A DNA stretch of 64,000 nt from Chrysomallon squamiferum (Eukaryota; Animalia; Mollusca), in contig CM022673.1 in the NCBI GenBank assembly GCA_012295275.1, positions 18,538,001 to 18,602,000 on the forward strand. The letters run 5' to 3'. Below are positions 57,153 through 64,000 of this stretch, piece by piece. The position numbers and the translations under genes were made by a program. Under the pieces are notes generated by a model, which had not been told where the DNA came from, ran no database searches, and saw only the letters and a list, made by a program, of their open reading frames with translations. Position 1 is the stretch's first letter; each line of letters opens with the position of its first letter.

Positions 57153-58450
57153 CAACTTATTTGGTTGTGAAATAATAACAGTCATCATTTCTATCGAAAT
57201 CCATAGAGTTATTTTCGTAATTTACCTTGCATAAGTTATGTATGATTCACATCGTCGGTGAACAAACATGAGTAGGATCCTACGCTTCTTACTCTCTTGT
57301 AAAGTGAGTGTATAGCAAACTCACTGTTGTGTTGATTCACATTTTCTGATGACTTTACTGACTATAAGGTCGTTTGTACCTGTCGTTGAACAACAACTGT
57401 AAACCGTATTGCAAATGCTTATTTTCATGTTACTTTCTCAAGTGTTAATAATCCTTGAGTATCTCCACTACATCATCGCAGGCAAATATATTTTACAATA
57501 TTTTCTACTGCAATCAGATATATTTCAGAAAAGTTAAATATTAACAGCTTTCTTTTAGTACGTAAAAATTGAGTGGTACTGTACTTTTGCTTACATATGT
57601 TTCAAATTCTAAGATGATTATCAGCTGTCTTTTTTCTTCATTCAAAATTCGACGGTTCAAATTAAAAATATAAACAGAATGGCAGAGGTAATCAATGAAA
57701 AAATTGTACTTATTAATTATGAAATATTGTTACAGAACTGTGCTGCAAGTTTTGCATTCGTATTTGTTTTGTTTTTTCTATATGTGTGTATAATATATAT
57801 ATAGTATTCTTGTTACAGAACTATGCTGCTGTATATAAAAAGATTAAAAAATCTGGAAAACATTCAAAGTTCGGAAAAATGAAATGAAAAATACAGCGAC
57901 ACAAAAGAAAGATAAAATTCACCATTGTTTTTTTTTTCTTTTTCTTTTTTTTAACAGAGGCTTTATTTTTAAATTTAAAATACATAAATTTATATATAAA
58001 ATTTTTCGAAGTCTGTATTTCAATGTCTTTTAATACTTTAATATTATTAATTTTAATAATATTATTAATTTGGATAATAACCGGAAACATCATCGAAATA
58101 ATAAAAATTGAAGAAAAATATATTTTTAACAGAGGGTTTTAAATATTTAAAATACTTTTCAAAGTCAGACATAATTTCATCGAAAGATATATTTTAAATA
58201 TTTTTAACAGTTTTATTTTAGAAAAGTTAAATATTAAAGTTTGCTTTTGTTGCTGAATTTTTGCTGAAATATGTTTCAAATTCTAAGATTATTATCAGCT
58301 GTCTTTTTTCTTTATTAAAAATTCGAAACTTCAAATTAAAATAAGAACAGAATGTCAGAGTTAATCAAAGAAAAATTTGTATTTATTAATTATGTTAGTA
58401 TTCTTGTTACAGAACTGTGCTGCAAGTTTTGCATTCGTATTTGTTTTCTT

Positions 58451-59056
58451 CTAGCAAATGTGGCCATTGCAGCAGTTGTTGAATGCTGCGTCATAGCCTC
58501 GTGTTCCACAACATGCAGGACGTAGTCCACTTCTGGGGACAACGTTTCCCCCGCAGCACATGTTGAATTTTGCATCATAGCCTCGTGTTCCACAACATGC
58601 AGGACGTAGTCCACTTTTGGGGACAACGTTTCCCCGGCAGCACATGTTGAATGTTGCATCATAGCCTCGTGTTCCACAACATGCAGGACGTAGTCCACTT
58701 TTGGGGACAACGTTTCCCCCGCAGCACATGTTGAATGTTGGATCGTCCACTTTTGGAGACAACGTTTCCCCCGCAGCACATGTTGAATGTTGGATCGTAG
58801 CTTCTATGGCCGCATACAGCTGTATTTCAAAATTAAAATAATGACTTTTATATATTTTCATTACTATTATCTGCTTGACTCTCTATGAGCTGAACGGTGA
58901 CGTAAATGTGTAGCGCACCCATAACTTATTAAATATATCCAGCTATTTAGTTTCATTAATTGGTATCGAGTCAGAAGTGTAGATATTTTGTTTACATGTG
59001 CTAGTTTCGAGGATAATCCAAATGTATGTGTATTCAAAAACATATTCAGTTTTGTC

Positions 59057-59094
<38 letters not shown>

Positions 59095-59382
59095 GAAACA
59101 CATACAATACATACATACATACATACATATATACACACACACATATATATATATTAAATATAGATCTATGCATTTGCCTGATGCATGTGTACACTCACCT
59201 GTACATAAATCGCTAATATTAAAACAATTACCTGGAAGTGTTCAAAAGGCTGTGTATTTGTGTAATCAAAGCTTTGTAAGAAAATTACCTTTTGAAAAAA
59301 CCCACGCCGATGCTCCCCTTGGCAGAATGCATGTGATTATTAATACAGCGACACAAAAAGCCAAAAGAGAAATATTCTGCAT
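58451..59382 (-). pseudogene. Galaxin-like copy G (3 repeats plus a 52-bp partial duplication causing a frameshift); exons 59289-59382 and 58451-58819
   Basis: The signal exon MQNISLLAFCVAVLIITCILPRGASAWVFSK is intact. The repeat exon is 369 nt (317+52). The tandem 52-mers start at 58693 and 58745. Normal splicing gives ..VSKSGRSNIQHVLRGKRCPQKWTTSCMLWNTRL*. Confidence 0.7.
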
Positions 59383-59755
59383 TTTATTATTTTTTTTGTT
59401 TGTTTGTTGTTCTTTTTTTATTAATCTGGAAAGAGAAAAAAAATTGCGTTATTTATAATTTTAATAAAACAATGTACGATACTTACATACATCTATATAT
59501 AAATTTATATATAAAATTATATAAATGCAGAAGCCCATAAAATATTTGCCAATGTAAACTTTTAATACATTAATATTATAACACTGTAATATTATTGATT
59601 TTAATGATAAAATATAACGAAAAAAGATTAAATCGGAAACATCGAAGTCGGAAATAATAAAAAATTGAAGAATGAAACACCATTGTTGGCTAACAGAGGG
59701 TTTTAAATTTATAATCTTTTCAAAGTCTGTATTCTCTCTCTAATGGATAATCCTC

Positions 59756-59807
<52 letters not shown>

Positions 59808-60162
59808 TAATAAAAGAATTTGAGAATAATGATGTAAGAAGTTTGGTAATATGAACATTTATAAATATTCTGTTGCTAAGCTAGGTAGATTGGACAGTAT
59901 TACTTACTTCCGACATGCATATCCTGGATCTGTTATTACAGAGCGGAGAATTCGATTGAATACTTTACTGATGTTAAAGCAAAACCAATACAGTATTAAC
60001 GAATCGAAAACAAAGGAAACTAATTCTTTCCACTTTTTGATAGATCATCAAATAAATCTAAAATTTTACATTTTGATATAAAAAAAACGATTAAGAATTC
60101 TAAATAAAAACTTACGCAATTTCTTTCCAAAGCACAGTAGCGAATTAGGCTAGCTTATGTCC

Positions 60163-60248
60163 TTTATATATTCATGTGGGGTCCAAAACACCTCATAGTA
60201 TAGTAATGGTAATAGCCAATGGAAATCTGTCTGCACTCCAATAGGCGG
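60163..60248 (-). promoter_or_regulatory. Putative core promoter of copy G
   Basis: TATATAAA at 60170-60163, CCAAT at 60216-60220, CCAATAGGCGG at 60238-60248, exon-1 donor GTAAGT at ~60110-60115. Confidence 0.6.
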
Positions 60249-60465
60249 AAAGATATTGCACATCCGTCTAAGGAATGAACAACATGAGCTGAAAGGTGAA
60301 GCAAATCTGTAGCGCACCAATACATTATTAAATATATCCCGCTGTTTAGTTTCATTAATTGGTATCGAGTCAGAAGTATAGATATGTGTTGTCTTGTTTA
60401 CATGTGCTAGTTTCGAGGATAATCCAAATGTATGTGTATTCAAAAACATATTCAGTTTTGTCTTG

Positions 60466-60504
<39 letters not shown>

Positions 60505-60523
60505 CAAACACATACATACTACA

Positions 60524-60552
<29 letters not shown>

Positions 60553-60556
<4 letters not shown>

Positions 60557-60669
60557 CTTTACTTTTTATGCACGATAGAGTTGGTTGTAATGCAATTTAT
60601 AATATATATAAACTTTGTATATATTAAATAATTCTTTATTCAGGATATATATATATAGGTATGCACGAT

Positions 60670-60711
<42 letters not shown>

Positions 60712-60770
60712 TGAATAATATTATAAATTGCATTACAACCAACTCTATCGTGCATAAAAAGTAAAGATAT
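60553..60770. repeat. Perfect 53-bp inverted repeat around a (TA)n-rich spacer
   Basis: 60553-60605 is the exact reverse complement of 60718-60770. Confidence 0.9.
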
Positions 60771-62257
60771 TTTTTCTGCTTTTGAAAACTATTACTGTAA
60801 TACAGGAGTTAATTTGCCATCTCAGAATTTTTCTGCATAATGTTCATAAAACTAACTCAGAAATTATCTAAATGGTTGGATACTAATAACAGATGCTGAA
60901 CATATTTTGAATGCACAGCGTCCACTTGTAAAACTGTAAACAGTTTATATTATGTTTAACAGCAGGTTTTATTATCGCCCGAAGGAAAATGTAAAATGTT
61001 TCAGTGATACATTCTTATCTAAAAATAACTGTATGCAAGTTACAAGATATCCTCATAAATCACTCCAGATAATTCAGAAAGAAAATTGACCTGAAGATGC
61101 TTCAATTTAAAATGATAGAAAACTTATGGAGGTATATCACGTTAAAAGTCCCTTTTTTATTGCCCTTTTCAGACAAATTTATTGATTTTACTAAATGTAT
61201 TATACATAACTATAAATCAGAATTTTATGCAAAACATCATAATCAAAACTGCATGTTCCTAGATAAATGTGGTTGAAAGCTGTAGATATTTTACCGGCAT
61301 CTACACTGAATCTGTTCATCAATTTGATCCCCAAATTCGACCTGTCTCATGGACTAATAGTCATTTGCAAATAAATATGGCTGACAAAACCAAGAAGCTG
61401 GTCCAGGAACTGCAAGCATTAGTGGATGGTGCTAGGGATTGTCAGCATATGATTTTTTTTCATGCTTTGTTACGTCAATCACATCAAGGGTTTGGTGTGT
61501 TGTTAATAAAATCGATTCATAAACACACATTAACGCTCATAAACATTTTTTCAACGACATTTTAACGATATAGTTTTGGGAACGTGACCCCTGTTTAGTG
61601 TCACAGAGAAAAAGCTTGCGATTGCTATGAGCTTACGAGTTGAGGATTGAACAAAGAGGAAGTACTAATTATAAATAAATGTCATCATTCTGATCTGTTA
61701 TCTGGTGATAATAAGTGAAATAACTTTTATGCTAAAGATTCTGACTGATTGACAGATGTTACAGCTCTCTTTTACCTTTGACTCATGTTAGTTTTCTTTC
61801 CTTTCTCAAATACAAATCACTTAATGTCTAGCTGACATAACTATTTTTAAATTTTGCCTCAGGTGACTAATGACAAGAAAACTAGGAAGAACAATATTAT
61901 ATCCCTTCACATTTTCGTCTCACAAACACTTTTAAATATTTTGTATGGTGGATATTACATTAACTCAGGACTTACTGTCAATCAATTTTTGTCTATCTAC
62001 ATTCAAAGACTAATCATTCGAGCATAGGAGAACAGAATATTCATTCCTAAATACATCCAGTAAATAGCAAATAGATTATTAATAAGGAAAGGATTATAAA
62101 CAAATTTGCTCTTGTTAAATCCAGAAAATATAGTTTTTAAACCGTACTTTTGTTACTTTTGACATTTGAAGCAATACCCTAAATGTAAGTAATATTTTCA
62201 CAGAAATGTCACAAAGCATTGTGCTATCGCCTGGCTATATAGCAAAAATAAATAAAA

Positions 62258-62313
<56 letters not shown>

Positions 62314-62884
62314 ATGATGATGGATGTTTTTATTACGACATTCTCTGTACTATTTTCTCAACACGTACAACTGTTTAAAGCCGGTTTCCTGAAGGAGATG
62401 ACTGATTCATATTAATTGTTTACTACTTGCATTTTCTGTCATGTGATAGAATTAATGATATAAAACACGGAGCTTGACCAAGTACTGAGTAAGTTAGGTA
62501 AAGTTTTGCAGTGCTTGCGCAATTCACAGAAACGTTTTATCTTCTACAAAAAGAAAAATTAAATATTTAAATAAACTCAATTAAAACTAATATTTATTAA
62601 TAATTATCTTTCCACATGAAAATATTAAACCATCCTGTGAACGCAATAATAATAATAATAGTAATAATAAAATATTAGCACAAAAAGTGAAATTTCTGTG
62701 TACTTTTCGACCAAATCTTTGTGTAAACAGGATATAGGATTTGAACCTAGTGTGACGAAACATGACATAAACATGATAGATAAACAGGTTTAACTTGAAC
62801 TGTTGTTATTGTGAAATATTTATGTGCAGACGGTGAACTGTGTACTCAACTAGAGATTAGCTATTTCTGTGCATATGTACGTAC

Positions 62885-62933
<49 letters not shown>

Positions 62934-64000
62934 GGCGTGTGTGGTATGTATTATGTGCGGATGTATGTTTATTCTATATATGTATGAATTTAAGTACAAA
63001 TGAATTTGCTGGATTATTATTTAAAAATATATTAAATTGTTTTATTTTTAGAACCTGTTGTCCAGGTCTCTGTTCTGTTTTGAGCTATATTTGTCAGGTG
63101 GGTTCTTTCCCGCAGACTTCCAGCTCATCCCTCCATCCTCCCGCTGTTGCTTTTCTAACTAGATCATTTCACTTTGCATGTTTTCCAAGTGTTTATGTGT
63201 TGTTATAAATATAGAGTGTTTCAGTCGACCTGAGACTCATTGGATTAAATAAAATAGTAATGATAATAAACAGTAATTTTTACAATAATAAATAGATTAA
63301 TTATATTACACTAAAAGACTTTTAGCTGGCACTGTTTATATTATATTGATTATTAATTTAACATTTCCAGGGTAGTAAAAACAAAAGCAGTTTTACCTAC
63401 TTATTAATAATTTAATACAGATAATCTCAAATGATATCAAAAAAAATGTCAGTTTTAAAGACTCTGTACTGTGTATTATAATAACGAATGAGAAACTGAC
63501 ATCTCTGATAAAACAACTTGGCGCTTAGGTGATTTAAAAACATACCAGCTACAGCTGCTCCGATTGTTTTACAGGACTCGAACAAGTAATGTCTGGACTG
63601 TCTCATAGCTGTGTGAAGTTCTGAGGAAATCCCTTCACAGAAAGATGCTACAACACTCATACAGTAGTGCATTTTCCCCATAGAACTGAAACAGAATAAA
63701 CAATATCAAAATAATTAAACATGTATGTAGCTGTCAATTGTTTTTGGGTTTTTTTTTTTTTTTACTGGCTTTGATGCCTGTTCTTATATTTATCTTAAAA
63801 TGTTAGAATGTTCTTATATTTATCTTGGTCAGGTGTTATGTATCTTACTATATACTGCACTGAAATATATACTTTTCTTTGCTTTCACTTGACCTTTATG
63901 TTTACTGACCAATTGTTTTACAAATTATACTGTTTACATATAAATAACTTATTAATGTTGTTAGTGTTACTGCTTTGCTAATGCCACTATAATTCTATTA

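Noticed and set aside
61269-61565. 98-aa ORF MVESCRYF...MADKTKKLVQELQ
   Set aside because: The paralogue at ~31000-31290 has stops and indels, the copy near 3100 is truncated, and no family was recognised.
63427-63681. ORF MGKMHYCMSVVASFCEGISSELH... (also 3994-4224) as a protein-coding gene
   Set aside because: No recognisable domain, and strand and frame are ambiguous. Its recurrence is explained by segmental duplication.

Overview
AT-rich, microsatellite- and retroelement-laden animal genomic DNA (invertebrate; a mollusc is a guess only). The window holds a minus-strand tandem array of seven units (A-G) of one small spliced gene, which the ORF track shows only in part. Each gene has CCAAT and TATA boxes, two short non-coding leader exons, a 94-nt signal-peptide exon and a terminal exon of 84-nt (28-aa) di-cysteine galaxin-like repeats. 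The predicted products are small secreted, cationic, Cys-rich peptides with 1-3 repeats. A, C and E have intact reading frames, D and G are frameshifted, and B and F are remnants. The units form a roughly 28-30 kb higher-order repeat (ABC/DEF/G) that also carries two intron-containing TRDMT1 (Dnmt2) pseudogenes. Transposon debris includes L1/Tx1 and L2-like LINE fragments, a Buster/Charlie hAT element and MITE, and Tigger and Tc1 fragments. Copy E lost its TATA box and first exon by deletion but has a new TATAAA at almost the ancestral spacing from the CCAAT box. All alignments and translations were done by eye, and transposon boundaries are approximate.
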